Source: Mobula hypostoma (lineage: Eukaryota). Taken from it: a stretch of DNA of 64,000 nt. This document shows positions 24,797-38,819 of this stretch, piece by piece (position 1 is the first letter of the stretch; each line of letters starts with the position of its first letter). Below the pieces are notes generated by a model. It was not told where the DNA came from and ran no database searches. It worked only from the letters and a program-made list of their open reading frames with translations. Made by a program: the position numbers and the translations under genes. Location: assembly GCF_963921235.1 (NCBI RefSeq), contig NC_086097.1, positions 139,502,001 through 139,566,000 on the forward strand, written 5' to 3'.

Positions 24797-25345
24797 ACAC
24801 AAGAGATTCAGCAGATGCTGGAAATCCAGCGCAACAAAATGCAGGAGGAACTCAGCAGGTCATCGGGACTAGCAAAGAAGGGAAGATACCAGAATAAAAA
24901 GATGGGGGAGAGGAAGGAGGACAAGCTAGAAGATGATAGATGAAACCAGGTGGGTGAGAAAGGTAAAGGGCTGAAGAAGAAGAAGGAATATGATAGAGGA
25001 GAGTGGACTATGGGAGAAAAGGAAAAAAGAGCACAGGGGAAGGTGATGGCAGGTGAGAGAAGGGGTAAGAGGCCAGAGTGGGGAACAGAAGAAAGCAAAG
25101 GGGAAAGAGGAAAAGAAAGAAAATTACCAGAGGAGAAATCAGTGCCCATGCCATCAGGTTGCAGGCTACCTAGACAGAATACGAGATGTCGTCCTCCACC
25201 CCGAGAATGGTCTCATCGAGGCAGAAGAGGTGGTTTCGGACTGACAGGTCACAACAGAAATTAAAATGGTTGGCCACTAGGAAATTCTGCTTTATGCAGA
25301 TGGAGCAGAGGTCCTCAACAGAGCGGTCTCCCAATTTATGTCAGG
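24797..25345 (-). mobile_element. Penelope-like element 3' fragment; hammerhead core mostly deleted
   Basis: Reverse complement resembles 48800-49460 (GIY-YIG end, pyrimidine-rich tract, terminal tail). Confidence 0.7.
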
Positions 25346-25717
25346 TAATTTACGTTTACAACATCAGTGATATGAGCCTTGCTATCTCCCTTCATCTCAT
25401 TTTGAGAACACCTTTCAATCACTTTCTCCTTTCACATCTGTCTAATTTTCCTTATTTAAGCCATTCATGCCAACAACTTGTCAAGTTCCACATTTGAGCA
25501 TACTTTTGGTCCAAATTATGCATCTGAGCCTTATCTGATGTTTTTCCATCAAGCAGAACATGGAGCTGATTACATTTTAAAACAGCTCATAATAGAATAA
25601 TTACACTGATACCCCCATTTAGCCCTGCCAAGGTTCATTATAGTACAGCTCATCCTTCAATCCTAACACTCACAGATATATAATCTGTCCTGTAAAAAGG
25701 AATCTCCACTGTTATAA

Positions 25718-25835
25718 ACACAAGAAATAATGCAGATGTTGGAAATCCAAAACAACACACAATTCTGGAGGAACTCCGGCAGCATCTATGGAAATGAATT
25801 AACAGTTGACATTTCGGCCAACACCCTTCACTGTC
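25718..25835 (-). mobile_element. Degenerate Penelope-derived tail with hammerhead remnant
   Basis: Plus strand ...AACAGTTGACATTTCGGCCAACACCCTTCA, homologous to 39331-39459. Confidence 0.6.
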
Positions 25836-26074
25836 GTGCCAGAAACTTACACAATCTATTACCAGCCACAACTGTTGTATGGTGCTGTGCTGGTATTCAG
25901 GGCTTACACAGCAATCAATCACTCTGTAGCTTGCTGTGGAAAGGTTGTCATTTGATGGCTGACAGTTCTGCCTCATCTGTGGAAGAGTAGGCAGATCTTA
26001 GCACTAGCAGTCACTTCAGAACCTGCAAGCTATAGTGAAAATAAGTCATTCTGACTCCAAGGGACTGCCATATT

Positions 26075-27275
26075 AATTGAATTGAATTGACTTTATTTCT
26101 TACATCCTTCACGTACATGAGGAGTAAAAATCTTTACGTTACATCTCCATCTAAATATGCGATCATAGTAATTTATAATAAACAGAGCCGCCGATGTAAT
26201 ATAGAGTATACTCAAATCAGCATGAGGTCATCAGTATGATGGCCTGGTGGAAGAAGCTGTCCTAGAGCCCGTCGGTCCTGGCTTTTATACCGCTTCCCAG
26301 ATGGTAGCAGCTGGAATAGATTGTGGTTGGAATGGTTTGGATCCCCAATGATCCTACAGGCCCTTTTTACACACCTGTCCTTGTAAATGTCCTGAATCAT
26401 GGGAAGTTCACAACTACAGATGTGCTAGGCTGTCCGCACCACTCTCTGCAGAGTCCTGCGATTAAGGGAGATACAGTTCCCATACCAGGCAGTGATGCAG
26501 CCAGTCAGGATGCTCTCAATTCTGCCCCTGTAGAAAGTTCTTAGGATTTGGGGACCCATACCAAACTTCCTCAACCGCCCGAGGTGAAAGAGCCGCTGTT
26601 GTGCCTTTTTCACCACACAGCTGGTGTGTACAGAGCATGTGAGGTCCTCGGTGATGTGGATGCCGAGGAACTTGAAGCTGTTTACCCTCTCAACCCCAGA
26701 TCTATTGATGTCAATAGGGGTTAGCCCGTCTCCATTCCTCCTGTAATCCACAACCAGCTCCTTTGTTTTTGCGATATTGAGGGAGAGGTTGTTTTCTTGA
26801 CACCACTGTGTCAGAGAGATGACTTCTTCCCTGCAGGCCACCTCATTATTGTTTGAGATTATGCCAATCAATGTAGTGTCATCTGCAAATTTAATTAGCA
26901 GATTGGAGCTGTGGGTGGTGACACAGTCATGGGTATACAGAGAGTAATGGAGGGGACTCAGTATGCAGCTCTAAGGGGCTCCTGTACTGAGAATCAGAGG
27001 GTTGGAGGTGAAAGAGCCCACCCTTACAACCTGCTGGTAATCTGACAGGAGCTGGACAAGGCAGGGTCAAGACCAAGGGCTCTGAGCTCCTTATCGAGCC
27101 TGGATGGAACTACGATGTTGAATGCTGAACTGTAGTCCAAGAATAGCATTTTCACATAAGCATCCTTTTTCTTCAGATGTGTAAGGACGGTATGTAGAGC
27201 AGTGGCTATTGCATCACCTAACGACTGGTTGTGTCGGTAGGCGAATTGTAGGGGGCCAGTTTGAGTGGACCCCAA
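26075..27275 (-). mobile_element. Rex1/Babar LINE, 5'-truncated RT
   Basis: ORFs with PLQFAYR, LFLDYSSAFN, WCQENNLSLNIAKTKELVVDYR, FKFLG and KKAQQRL; (TTCAA)n tail near 26080. Confidence 0.9.
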
Positions 27276-28914
27276 GTTTAGAATAACCCAGTTTAGAATA
27301 CTGCATTCAGTGATCTCAATGTGGTATCCTCCATAGTGCTTTACTGCTTTGTAGAATAACTAAGTTTAGATCACAAGGATGATAGGAGCTTCAACTTGCC
27401 TACTACTTCAATTCTTCACTCAGCTTTCTATCTGACCCAAGACTTCAGTATCTCATTTTATGTCCAACAAAGTTCAACAAGCTTGAGAAGCACCACCTCG
27501 TCATCCCTCTAAACACACCACAGCCTCCCAGACTCTAAGCTGAATACAGTCTCTTCAGTTGTATATCTTACGTTTCTAACATTTTTGTCCCTCTCCTGCA
27601 CTACGATGTTCAGATTTCATTCCCAATACCCTACTTCTAAATCCTCCAGAGATACAAATTTCCACAGGCTTTGACCACACCTTTCAATATTCCAATTTCT
27701 TCACTTAATTTTAATCCCCAACCTTTTCTTTTGTCTTTCCTACTTCTCCCCAATGTGATACTGCCCTGCCCTGTTCTGAAGAAAGGTTAACAATCTCAAA
27801 TGCTAACTAGAGACACAAGAGTGTGGATGCTGGTATCAAGAGCAACAAACAATGCTGAAGGAAGTGAATAGGTCAGCAACACCTCGGGAGGAAAAGGACA
27901 GTTGAGGTTGTGGGTTGAGACCTTTTGCCTCTGTCCATACACTTTACTTGAAAACCTAAGCATTTCCAGCATTGATTTCCATTTTCAAGTACTGCAACAT
28001 TTGAACATAAGCGAAACATTAACTGCATCTTGAATCTCTGTTATGTGGTGACCATCTTGTCCCCCCATGTAGTAAAAATAATAAAAGGATTTGCATTGTT
28101 GATAAAGATAGTCCAAAAATATATGAATAGAAAAGCTTAAATAGGCATATACCAGAAGCAGGCAAATGGACAAGTTTATGAGTATCTTGACTGGCATGGA
28201 CCAGTTGGGCTGAATGGCCTATTTCCATGCTGTAAGACTCTCTGACTGATGCAAACTGTACACAACCAAGATATAAAACTGCAATGTTAGGTCTCGAAAT
28301 GCAAAAAACATTGAAAACTAAAAACTTTGACCACTCTAGTGTGGAAATACCTAAAGCTAAAAAGACACTAACTGAAGTAATGATCAATAATTTTTCATCA
28401 ATTGGCCTATGCTGTACAACAATTAAAATATTAAATACTTCATTGTTTATAATTTTAAACATTGACCTACCAAACATTGATTACCTCCTCTTTAACTACT
28501 GTAACAGCAAATCTGTTCTCCTTGAATTGATTTTCAATTAATTATTTAAATTACTTCTATTCTTAATTGTGGAAAGCATCACCCACGTGTCAAAACCAGA
28601 AAATTCCTGTCTGGGTTCAGTCCAGAGATTGGTGCACAAAAATCTATGTTGATACTTCAGTACAGTCGTGTGAAAATGTGTCAAGTGTCCTGGCTAATAG
28701 TTCAGTTTCAGTCAACATGACGGAAGGATTTTCATTAACATATTACTGCCAAAAGGAAGGTTTGGGCATACAAATTAACTGCCATGTTTTTAAAATTACA
28801 GCAGCGATTATTGGCTACAATTCTGACATTTGGCCATCCAGAGATCACAAAATTTATTGTGGAAAAGCATTCATCAAATTACAATCTGACAGTACAAGAG
28901 GCAAAGGGACTTAC

Positions 28915-29011
28915 CTTCTGCAACTCCCCATGGATACTGTCGGCCCCTGACACGTTTTCCATTCACCTCTATAATAGTATTACTACCTACAACAGCAAGA
29001 GGTAAACGATC
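28915..29011 (-). CDS. SEPTIN7: SEPTIN7 coding exon (97 nt): [32 protein letters not shown](V), start of the septin unique element
   Basis: Minus strand CAG|GATCGT...GCAGAAG|GTAAG; lies within ORF 28874..29062. Confidence 0.97.
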
Positions 29012-29304
29012 CTGAAAAAGATGAATAAGCACAAAAATAATCAAGAATAATTCATCATGCAAAACTTAAAAGCAGTTTTAAGCAGGTAGCTAAATAAATG
29101 AGTCTGTCAGACTTAAATCTCTGGGTCCAACTGTCACCAAATTTCCCCTTATTATAGAATAAGAAAATACAATTTTAAAACTAAAAAAAGGAGAACAGAT
29201 AGGAGTTACAATCGTTGGGCCTCAGCTGAAGAATAGGGCCCACTTTCTGAAGGGTATCAAGGCCTTGAAAAAGCAGTGAGGGTGGCTGGGGGAGCTGTAG
29301 TAAT

Positions 29305-31690
29305 GCACTACAGCACAGAACAGATCTTTCATTCCATCTAGTCTGTACTGCACTATTATTCTGCTTAGTCCCATCAATCAACAACTGGGTGAGAGCCCTG
29401 CATACAACTTCCATCCATATACTTACCCAAACTGCTCTTAAATGTTGCAATCAAATCGCATTCACCACTTCCACTGGTAGCTCATTTCACACTCACACCA
29501 CCTTATGAGTAAAGATGATCTCCCCTATTTTATCTTGCATCCTTAACCTATGCCTTCCAGTTCTAGTCTCACCCAATCTCAGTAGAAAAAACCTGTTTGC
29601 ATTTACCCCATTTACACTTCTCAATTTGGTATAGCTCCATCAAATATCTCCTTATTTTCCAATGCTCCAGTGAATAAAGTCCTAACCTGTTGAAGCCTCC
29701 TTGATAACTTGGGTCCTCAGGTGCCAGCAGCAATCTTGTAAATTTTTTCTGCACTCTTTCAATCTTATTGGTATCTTTTCTGTATGGAGGTGACCAGAAT
29801 TGCATGCAATACTCCAAAGTAGGCTTCACCAATGTCTTGTACAACTTCAACATAACATTCCAAACTCCTGTACGCAACATTCTGATTTATGAAGGCTGTT
29901 GTGCCAAAAACTCTCTTTTTGACCTTACTAACTGACAGCATTTTCAAGGAATTATCCCTCCATTCTATCATGCCCCTCAGTGCCCTACTGTTCAGCGTGC
30001 AAGTTCTACCCTGACTTTTCTTCCGCAAAGTGCTATGCCTCACATTTGTCTGCATTAAATTCTACCTGTCATTTTTCAGCCCATTTTTCTGTTGGTTCTG
30101 ATCTTGCTGCAAGCTTTGATAGCCTTCCTCATTGTCCATTACACTTCAAATCTCGGGGTCATCTGCACATCATCACCAAATCTTTAATATAGTTGGCAAA
30201 CAACAAAAAACCCAGCACTGATCCCAGTGGCCCACTAGTCACAAGCCTCCAGTCAGAGAGGCAAACTATTTCCTACCATTCTCTGGCTTGTCGCACAAAG
30301 CCAATGTCATCCTGAATGTCAAGTGGCTTAACCTTCCGGAGCAACCTCCCATACGGGACTTTGTCAAAGACCTGCTAAAGTCCACGGAGATGATATCCAC
30401 TGCTTTATCTTCAAAAGTTTGAGCAAGAGAGAGCACAGTAACTGGCCTAAACGAGTACTGCCCAGTGGCACAGATTCAACAATCATTTAGTACTTTGAGT
30501 GGCTGGTAATAGATCATAAAATCCCACCTTCATTGGACTTTTTCCAGTTCTCCTAGCACTCAGATTGGTCCACTAATGACATCTTAGTCTCAGCCCTCCA
30601 TCCAAGGCCCACCTAGAAAATTATGTCTCATCCGCCAGTTTGTTGTTCATCGACTTCAGCACAGCATTTAACGTGAAGCTGGTGGATATTCTGTCCACGT
30701 TGGGACTCAACACCCCTCTTTGAAATTGGATCTTGGACTTCTTGACGAAAAGATTCCAGTCAATCTGAATCAGAAACTGCAAGGCATCGGACTGCAAGGT
30801 CCTACAGAGGACAGCAAAATCTACTGGGAGGATCACTGGGGTCTCTCTCCAGCCCCCCCATTTGTCACATTTACTGGAAGTGTTGCAGACAAAGGACCTA
30901 AAGCAATGCCCATCACAATCTCTTTGCCCACTATCGTCAGGAAGGAGGTGTAGACAAAGGACCTGAAGCAACGCCCATCACAATCTCTTTGCCCACTATC
31001 GTCAGGAAGGAGGTACAGAAGTATCAGGATTTGGACTGCCAGACAGGTTACAAACTTCTTCCGTTAGGCTACAAGACTAATGAATACCCTGCCACTACCA
31101 TAGAGCAGTGAGGTTTTACCACACTGTGCACTACATGCATTTGATTTATATTTTATTACCATACGTTATGGTAATATTTCACTTTATGTGCTGTGCGTGA
31201 TACGTGTTTTGTGGGTGCACTGTGGTTCAGAGGAACATTATTTTGTTTGATTGTATATATGCACAGTCAAGTGACAATTAACTTGAACTTGAAACTTCCT
31301 GATAACCTCCTCAGGAAAAAAAACCTTATAGGTTTGATTAGACAGAACCTGCCACACACAGTCATGTTGATTATCAAAATCAGGCCTTGTATATCCAAAT
31401 GATTAGATATATCGTCCCTTTAAATACCTTCCAATAATTTACACACTACTGACATCAGACTCACAGGGCAATCATTTCATGCCTTATACACCCTGGTGAC
31501 TCATCCCCCCTAATTTATCTCAAGCCATAAGTACCTCCGCTTCTGTAATCTGAATAAGGTCATGACCGCACTACTGTTTTGCCTCAATTCTATAGCCTCT
31601 ACGTCTGTTTACCGAATAAATACAGATGTATTAAGATCTCTGCCATCTCTTTCAGCTTCATGGACAGATAACCATGCTGATCTTCAAGGT
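29305..31690 (-). mobile_element. CR1 LINE (about 29305-30410 and 31300-31690) interrupted by a plus-strand Rex1-type fragment (about 30560-31290)
   Basis: ORF 29569..29880 LYKTLVKPTLEYC; plus-strand LFIDFSTAFN near 30640; (AACTTG)n tail near 31285. Confidence 0.75.
30887..31016. repeat. 65-bp tandem duplication
   Basis: AGACAAAGGACCT-AAGCAA-GCCCATCACAATCTCTTTGCCCACTATCGTCAGGAAGGAGGT present twice. Confidence 0.9.
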
Positions 31691-33353
31691 AGCTCAACTG
31701 GAGGAAGTGCGTTCTAAATTATGAGTTTCAATAAATAAAGGGAAAGTGTTCCTACTGACAAGTAATCTGTAACCAGAGGACACAAATTTTGCTTTTACTT
31801 TTGACGTAACTGTGATGTTTCAACCTGAGCACTGTGGAAGTAACTGCAGTTTTAGATTTAGACAGACTGAAAAGAAAACAGCAAAGCAGAATAATTTCAG
31901 TGGTTGAGTTTTTTAAAAAATATACATAATATAAAATGAATAGCAGTTTCTAAAGGAAAAAAAAACTAAAAGGAATCTATCCACTGAACCACTGATTACT
32001 GGCTTTGCATTGGTATTCTTCCATTCATTCATTTAGTTATTGAAGTCATTAGCAATAACTTTACCAGTTGTAGTTTTATACTTTGACGAAATGCCATAGA
32101 GGTTATTTTTAAAAAGTCCAACTTTCCAAAAATATTAGTGTTTAAACTGTTAAGCAATGATATTAAAAGGGAATATTTTCAAGGCAAAGGTGTTGCATTA
32201 GATTACAATTTTCAAAAGTAACCAGTAGGAATTGGTAAAACAATACAGCCATTTGTCAAACTTTTGAACAAAGTAACTACTAAACAAAATAAACCTGCTG
32301 CTCAACACAACACTCCCCTGTACTTGTGTGTTGGCAATTTCCTTGCCCATCCATTTAACTGTGATATTCTTTCTATTCCAAACATACGGCTTGTCTGCAG
32401 CACCAAGATCTGTGGTTGGTCACATCCCCTCCCCCAATAACATCTCAGGCTCTCTTTCAATTAAGGTTTCCATCCATTATTAATGCATACATTTTATCAT
32501 TCCCACTGGAAAACAAGTACAGGATCTTTTCTCATTTGAAGGCAGGAACAAACTGGGCTACAAGCCATGTGAGGTTCTTCCAAGAGATCTGAGAATAATC
32601 TGCAAATTCAAATTAAGCAATTGCAAACCAAATGACTATCAAAGCTGGAGCAATTTACTTTAGTTGAAATGCAACTACTTGGATAGATTTTGCCAAATTT
32701 ATTTTCAGTTTTAAACATTATCTGGTTCCGTTTCAACCTTGTATGTACGGATTCTTTCCCTTTTCTATCTGTTCATAGCTCAGCACATTTACCAGCCTTC
32801 TCCCTTCCATATGGTTTGCTACTAAAAATGTCATTGTTGCAGCTGCTCCTTTGGCTTCCCTCCTGTCACTGTCACAAGGAGCAAGTATCTTGGAACATGA
32901 ATCCTTTATAGACACAGCATGCTTCCAATGGAATTTATGTTTGAGCTGATTTTAAAGCTAATAATAAAATATTGCAACTTTAAGACCTTCATGTGGATGG
33001 GAAAAATGAGTTGCATATTTATTATACTATGAGATTAAATATTCTGATTGTTTCTCTGAAATATAGAATCTTATAAAAGCTACTGCATTTTACAAGATCC
33101 TATAACCAGGTGTAATTTAAAACTATTGGCTTGTGAGCAAACTGCTGCACCTTAAGAATTAATGAACCCACAAAGGCTAATAATTACCAATTGAAAACAA
33201 AACATCCCCCATCAAAATCAATGCAAAGCTTTGTATTCCATCAAGTATCCCCTTTATTTGAGGCTATGCTTCCTCTATATTATCTCTTGGCCAGCTGTTG
33301 CACACTTCAACTTGGAATAGGCAGAAAGTACCCCACAGTTAATGATATCCTAC

Positions 33354-33446
33354 CTTTATCTTTTTTACCAACTTATTTTCTTCTTCATCATCAGTTTCTG
33401 GGAATTCATAGATCTTTATTTTGTGTTCTTGGATTTCTTTCATCAC
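33354..33446 (-). CDS. SEPTIN7: SEPTIN7 coding exon (93 nt): [31 protein letters not shown]
   Basis: Minus strand CAG|GTGATG...ATAAAG|GTAGG; absent from the ORF track, translated by hand. Confidence 0.97.
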
Positions 33447-33944
33447 CTGCAAAACAGTAGTTAATGGAATATAACCCAAAAGCTCTAAATTTAGGTCTGT
33501 ACCAGAAAGTTGATTGGCTAATTCACACTGCTAGATAAAGCCTGATAATTGAATGGCATTCTGTCAAAATGGGTCACCCACTCCACGCAGTTGATTGCAT
33601 TCAATACAGTTTGTTAATTCTCTGAATGCTTGCTTTGCTACATTTCTTCAAAGATACACTGTTTAACTGGAAATTTCAGTGCCAAACTGTTCCAAGCTAA
33701 AATGGAAAGACTTTGTCCCAGACAAATCCACAAGAGGATCTGACCACTGAAACACATTACCAGAATCTAAGTTTTGTTTCTTTGACTAGGTCAATAACAG
33801 ATGCTCAGATTTTATTTCTAGGGAAGATTTTGCTGAATTCAGAAACTTGCTTAATACAGAAGGTTAACAGATGGTCATTACAGATGCAAACTTGTTATTT
33901 GATGTGACCGTAACACCAAAGAATACTGGAGCAACGTGGAAGGG

Positions 33945-34250
33945 TTAGGGTGCCACGGCAGCACAGTAGTTAGCGTGACACTATTACAGTTTGAGTATCC
34001 GAGTTTGTAGTTCAATTCCAGCACCGCCTGTAAGAAATGTGTACGTTTTCCCCATTACCGCATAGGTATCGTCCAGGTATTCCAGTTTCCTCCCGCACTC
34101 CAAAGACTTATTGGTTAGTAGGTTAATTAGTTGGTCATTGTAAATTGTCAGTGATTAGGATAGGATTACATAAATAGGTTGTTGGGTGGCATGGCTCACT
34201 GGGCCAGAAGGGCCTGTTCCACACGATCTCCAAATAAATAAATAAAATGA
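33945..34250 (+). mobile_element. tRNA-derived V-SINE (HE1-like)
   Basis: B-box GTTCAATTCC; V-domain ...TCCAGTTTCCTCCCGCACTCCAAAGAC; (AAAT)n tail. Confidence 0.8.
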
Positions 34251-34530
34251 CAAATTATTCAATTTTATAGCACAAAAGACAGCCATCTTGTCCTGGACAG
34301 AATGAAGCACATTTGTGCTCTAGCTTACTAGATTTAAGTTACTTACACACCCACACACACACAATGGTTTTGCCATGAGAAGTAGGGCAAGTCTCAGCAG
34401 GCAAAGCAACTACTACAGCAGTAAGACACACACTGTGCAGATTGTCATTTTACTTTTAAAAAAAATCCATTTCTTCCAATATACCTGCAGTATGAAATTC
34501 ACTGAATACCATCTGAGCCTGTCTGCTTAC

Positions 34531-34648
34531 CTGTCTCTTGAACTGTTGGCATTCTTCTGGAGTGAGGGTGTCGGCTTTGGCAATGAGTGGAATGATGTTA
34601 ACTTTCTCGTGTAGGCGCTTCATGAATTCAATATCCAAAGGCTTTAAT
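34531..34648 (-). CDS. SEPTIN7: SEPTIN7 coding exon (118 nt): (G)[39 protein letters not shown], contains G4 motif AKAD
   Basis: Minus strand CAG|ATTAAAG...AGACAG|GTAAG; overlaps ORF 34456..34638. Confidence 0.97.
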
Positions 34649-35479
34649 CTGCAGAAATATTACACCAAAATTAGTCAACTGTGAATACAAAACAGAGAAT
34701 ATTCAAGGCTGAAATAGATTGATGCATGGACTCCAAAGGAATCACGAACTTAGGGTAGAGAAGGAAAATCAAGTTGAGGACACAGATTGGATCATTGATG
34801 ATCTTATACACTAGTTGGGCTATTGACATTCCATTCCTGCAGGTCAATAACAATCCATTAATTATCAAGGCAGATCAAAACTCCCATCAAACACTGAAGT
34901 CCAGTGGCAAAAAGATCATGGCTGATCTTTCATCCAAAGGCCTCTTCCTTCTATTGACTCCATGTCCCCTGATTCTTTGTCCTGGACTGTGTGAAGGTTC
35001 TTTCAAGTTCAAGTCGAATTTGCAATCATCAAAGGCAAGCGCAGAATATTGCATCATGTGCCTGACCTATGCCTTGTAGACTGGGCAAAGGCTTTGGAAA
35101 TTCAAATAATCATAATAAAAAGCCTTGACATTCAACTTTAAATAGAAAATAAACATTTATTTTTAAATTTACTCATCTGCATTGTTTAAACTGCTGTACA
35201 TGTCTAACTGTTCCTCATCTGAAGCAGTTAAGACTCAACTGCCATGTTAGTCTGGAAACATATAGAGCCAAACTGGGCAAGAACTGCAGATTTCAACCCC
35301 CTTCAAGACACTGATTTTAGGCCTATCGCATGCAGTGTTACAGAAGTGTCTTTTTGTAAATTGCAGATTTTATTCCTTGAATTTAACCCCCTCAGCTGTC
35401 ATGGTGGGATTTGAACTCGTTATTTTATCAATAGTCCAGAACTGCAGTTGCTAATTAATCTAGCTGGCCTGAGCTATTT

Positions 35480-36485
35480 TATCAAGTCAGGTTACTTTTT
35501 ATTGTCATTTCAACCATAACTGATGGTATGGAACATAGTAAAAATAAGACAACACTTTTCAGGACCATGGTGCTACATGAAACAATACAAAAACTACACT
35601 GAACATGTAAGAAAAACCACAAAAACTACACTTGACTACAGACCTATCCAGGACTGCATAAAGTGCACAAAACAGTGCAGGCACTACAATAAATAATAAT
35701 AAATAATAAACAAAACAGTAGGCACAGTAGAGGGCAGTAGGTTGGTGTCAAGCCAGGCTCTGGGTATTGAGGAATCTGATGGCTTGGGGGAAGAAACTGT
35801 TACATGGTCTGGTCGTGAGAGCCCGAATGCTTCGGTGCCTTTTTCCCAGATGTCAGGAGGGAGAAGAGTTTATATGAGGGGTGCGTGGGGTCGTTCATAA
35901 TGCTGTTTGCTTTGCGGATGCAGCGTGTGGTGTAAATGTCTGTGATGGCGGGAAGAGAGACCCCGATGATCTTCTCAGCTGACCTCACTATCCGCTGCAG
36001 GGTCTTGCGATCCGAGATGGTGCAATTTCTGAACCGGGCTGTGATGTAGCTGCTCAGGATGCTCTCAATACAACCTCTGTAGAATGTAGTGAGGATGGGG
36101 GGGTGGGAGATGAACTTTCCTCAGCTTTTGCAGAAAGTAGAGACGCTGCTGAGTTTTCTTTGCTATGGAGCTGGTGTTAAGGGACCAGGTGAGATTCTCC
36201 GCCAGGTGAACACCAAGAAATTTGGTGCTCTTAACGATCTCTGCAGAGGAGTCATCGATGTTCAGCAGAGAGTGGTCACTCCGTGTCCTCCTGAAGTCAA
36301 CAACCATCTCTTTTGTTTTGTTTACATTCAGAGACAGGTCGTTGGCTCTGCACCAGTCCGTTAACCGCTGCACCGCCTCTCTGCATGCTGACTCATCATT
36401 CTTGCTGATGCGACCCACCACGGTGGTGCCATCGGCCAACTTGAAAATGTGGTTCGTGCTGTGTGTTGCAGCAGAGTCGTGTATT
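35480..36485 (-). mobile_element. Rex1/Babar LINE, 5'-truncated RT
   Basis: ORF 36065..36538 (KLADGTTVVG, WCRANDLSLNVNKTKEMVVDFRR, KFLGV) and ORF 35800..35988. Confidence 0.9.
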
Positions 36486-38684
36486 GAATTGAAAAAGAAG
36501 CCACAGTGCAATAGGTCATTTAACAACCACTGCAACATGAATCTGTGAGCTCAGCACATTTGGAAAGGGAAGCATCACCTGAACCATGTCCTATAATCTT
36601 CATTTATCAATGATACCAAACCAGTGACCCAGTAGGAATTTAGCAGCCAAACTGAGGAAAATTTGAAGCCAAAGTTAAAACCAATCTCAAGCAGTCGATT
36701 GTCAGCAATATTGTGCAGAACAGCTATTTAAAGATAAAATACAGGACATTCATCCACAAGAATTTGAAACTGTTCCCAGCTACACCAATTTAAAGTATTT
36801 TTAAAGAACTCTTTTAAAAATATGATCTGGCAGAATAGTAATTCAGTTCAAAGAATGGCTGAACTTGCAGAAAACTTGTTAATCTGTTTTCTTAAAATGT
36901 TATACAAGAAGTTATTAAGCTAAGTGCACAGCTTCGGAGGTGGTCAGGGGATGACTCAATTTCTGCTTAAAAGGAATCAGTTATTTCCACAGGTCATTTT
37001 CATACATGGGTTCTGGTTGGAAGGGTGTAACCAAAGTAATGTAACAATCTCCGTCAATGACTTAGATGAGGGAATGAAATGAGATGTACTCACATTCATT
37101 GATGATACCAAGTGGCAGTGTGGGGTGAGAGGTGTTTGTACAGAGACTTCAGTGGGGGTAGAATGCACAGCAGATATTATCCACATTGGTATTTTTAGAT
37201 GTTGAGAGATTAAAAGGTTCAGGTGTTGAAGACTGAATGTTAATGCACAGGTTCAGCCATTAGAAAGTTTAATAGTATATTGTGAAGGCTGACCACATTG
37301 ATCAACTTGCCATCTCAGGAATCGAAGAGGAAAAGGTTAAACAAATTAGGCCTGTAATTTCTGGAATTTGGTAGAATGAGCAACAAGTTCATTGAAACAT
37401 CACGAGGCTTGCCAAGATGGAGCACAGCTAATATTCCCCCGCTTAGAGAGTTTGGAATTAATGTCTTTGGAATTCAAGGCCGTGGAGGTTCAATTGCTGA
37501 GTATATTTAAGAAAACATACAAAACTGTATACACAAGATATTGGATTGGATGGCTCTAGTTACAAGGAAAGATTGGATAGGCTCAGATATTGAAGTAATG
37601 TTAAGGGTTCACTATGGATTTGTGAAATAATCCCGGCATGAAGCAGCAAATGCAAAAAAGTGATTAACAAGTGTTATGATAGAATTGCTTGAATATATGG
37701 AATAAATCAAATATTGCCAGGCCTCTTCTTCAATTGAATGAAGGCTTAATGGGGCAGTTATAGGTACACAAAACTTCTTTATTTTGTAAATGAAGACTTA
37801 TGAGTTCCTGGCATGCCAGATTATACAAATAGAACAAGAAAATTGAGCTACAACATAATGACAGGCAGAAATAGCTCTGTTAGAGGACGGACAGAATGAT
37901 GTACCTAAAAGTTGAAGAATTTGAGATTAATTCCAGAAGGCTGCAAGATGCCCAGTTGAAAGATGATGCACTGTTCCTCTAGCTTGAATTACGCTTCAAT
38001 GTAATAGTGCAGGACACAGTGACAGATGGATAGGAAGTGAATTAAAGTTGAGCAAGAAGAAAACTGCTGGAAGAGTTCAGTGGGTGAAGCAGTAACTGTG
38101 TGCATGTGTGCACATGCGTGTGTGTTGGTGGGGGGGGGGGGAGAGAGAGAGAGAAGAATGGTAAATGCTTTGGGTTGTGACCCTACATCATTAGTGACAG
38201 GAAAGTGGAAATTCAGGATCACCCCTTTGGACTGAGTGCAGATGCTCCACATTATGATCATTCAAGCTGCATTTGTTTTACCCAATGTAGGGGAGGCCAC
38301 ATCATGACCTGGGAAGAGTGTTTGGTTCCTGAATTGTGCGAAGGGAAGTGGAAAGACAGATGTTTCACCTCCTGTAACTGCACAGAATTTTCTTTTCTTT
38401 CCTGAACATCTTTCTGTTGTTTGAGAGAAGGTGGCAGATATGATAGACACATAGGTTACAATACTCTTTAGTGAGGATGAGAATCATCACAGACTGAGTT
38501 GTGAGGCTTCTTTATTAAATGCTGAACTTTAAATTATTTTAATCCCTTTTTAAAGGGTTTAATATTAACTGATTTGTCAGTGAGACCAAACAGCATTGTA
38601 AAACCAGCAGAAAAAGAATGAATTCAACAGATTAACTATTCAGCTCTTGGAAATTATTGCAACTGTACAAAATATTTTACCAAC

Positions 38685-38819
38685 CCATGACCTGAAGGAG
38701 CAATAAAGTATAAACAACAGTGGACTCTGCTGTCTGGCATTTGGCGTCGATTCACACGGGATTCAGCATTAAGGTAATCTTCAAACTTGCTGTCTATGTG
38801 ATCAATGACAGGTTGCCAG
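38685..38819 (-). CDS. SEPTIN7: SEPTIN7 coding exon (135 nt): (C)[44 protein letters not shown](G)
   Basis: Minus strand CAG|CTGGCAACC...CATGG|GTTGGT; in phase with both neighbouring exons. Confidence 0.96.

Noticed and set aside
24950..25264. Lys/Glu/Gly-rich ORF
   Set aside because: Chance ORF on the purine-rich antisense strand of a Penelope 3' tract.
28019..28950. ORFs of 127-152 aa next to the 97-nt exon as a nested gene
   Set aside because: No recognisable domain, partly overlapping CR1 remnants, and no supporting splice structure seen.
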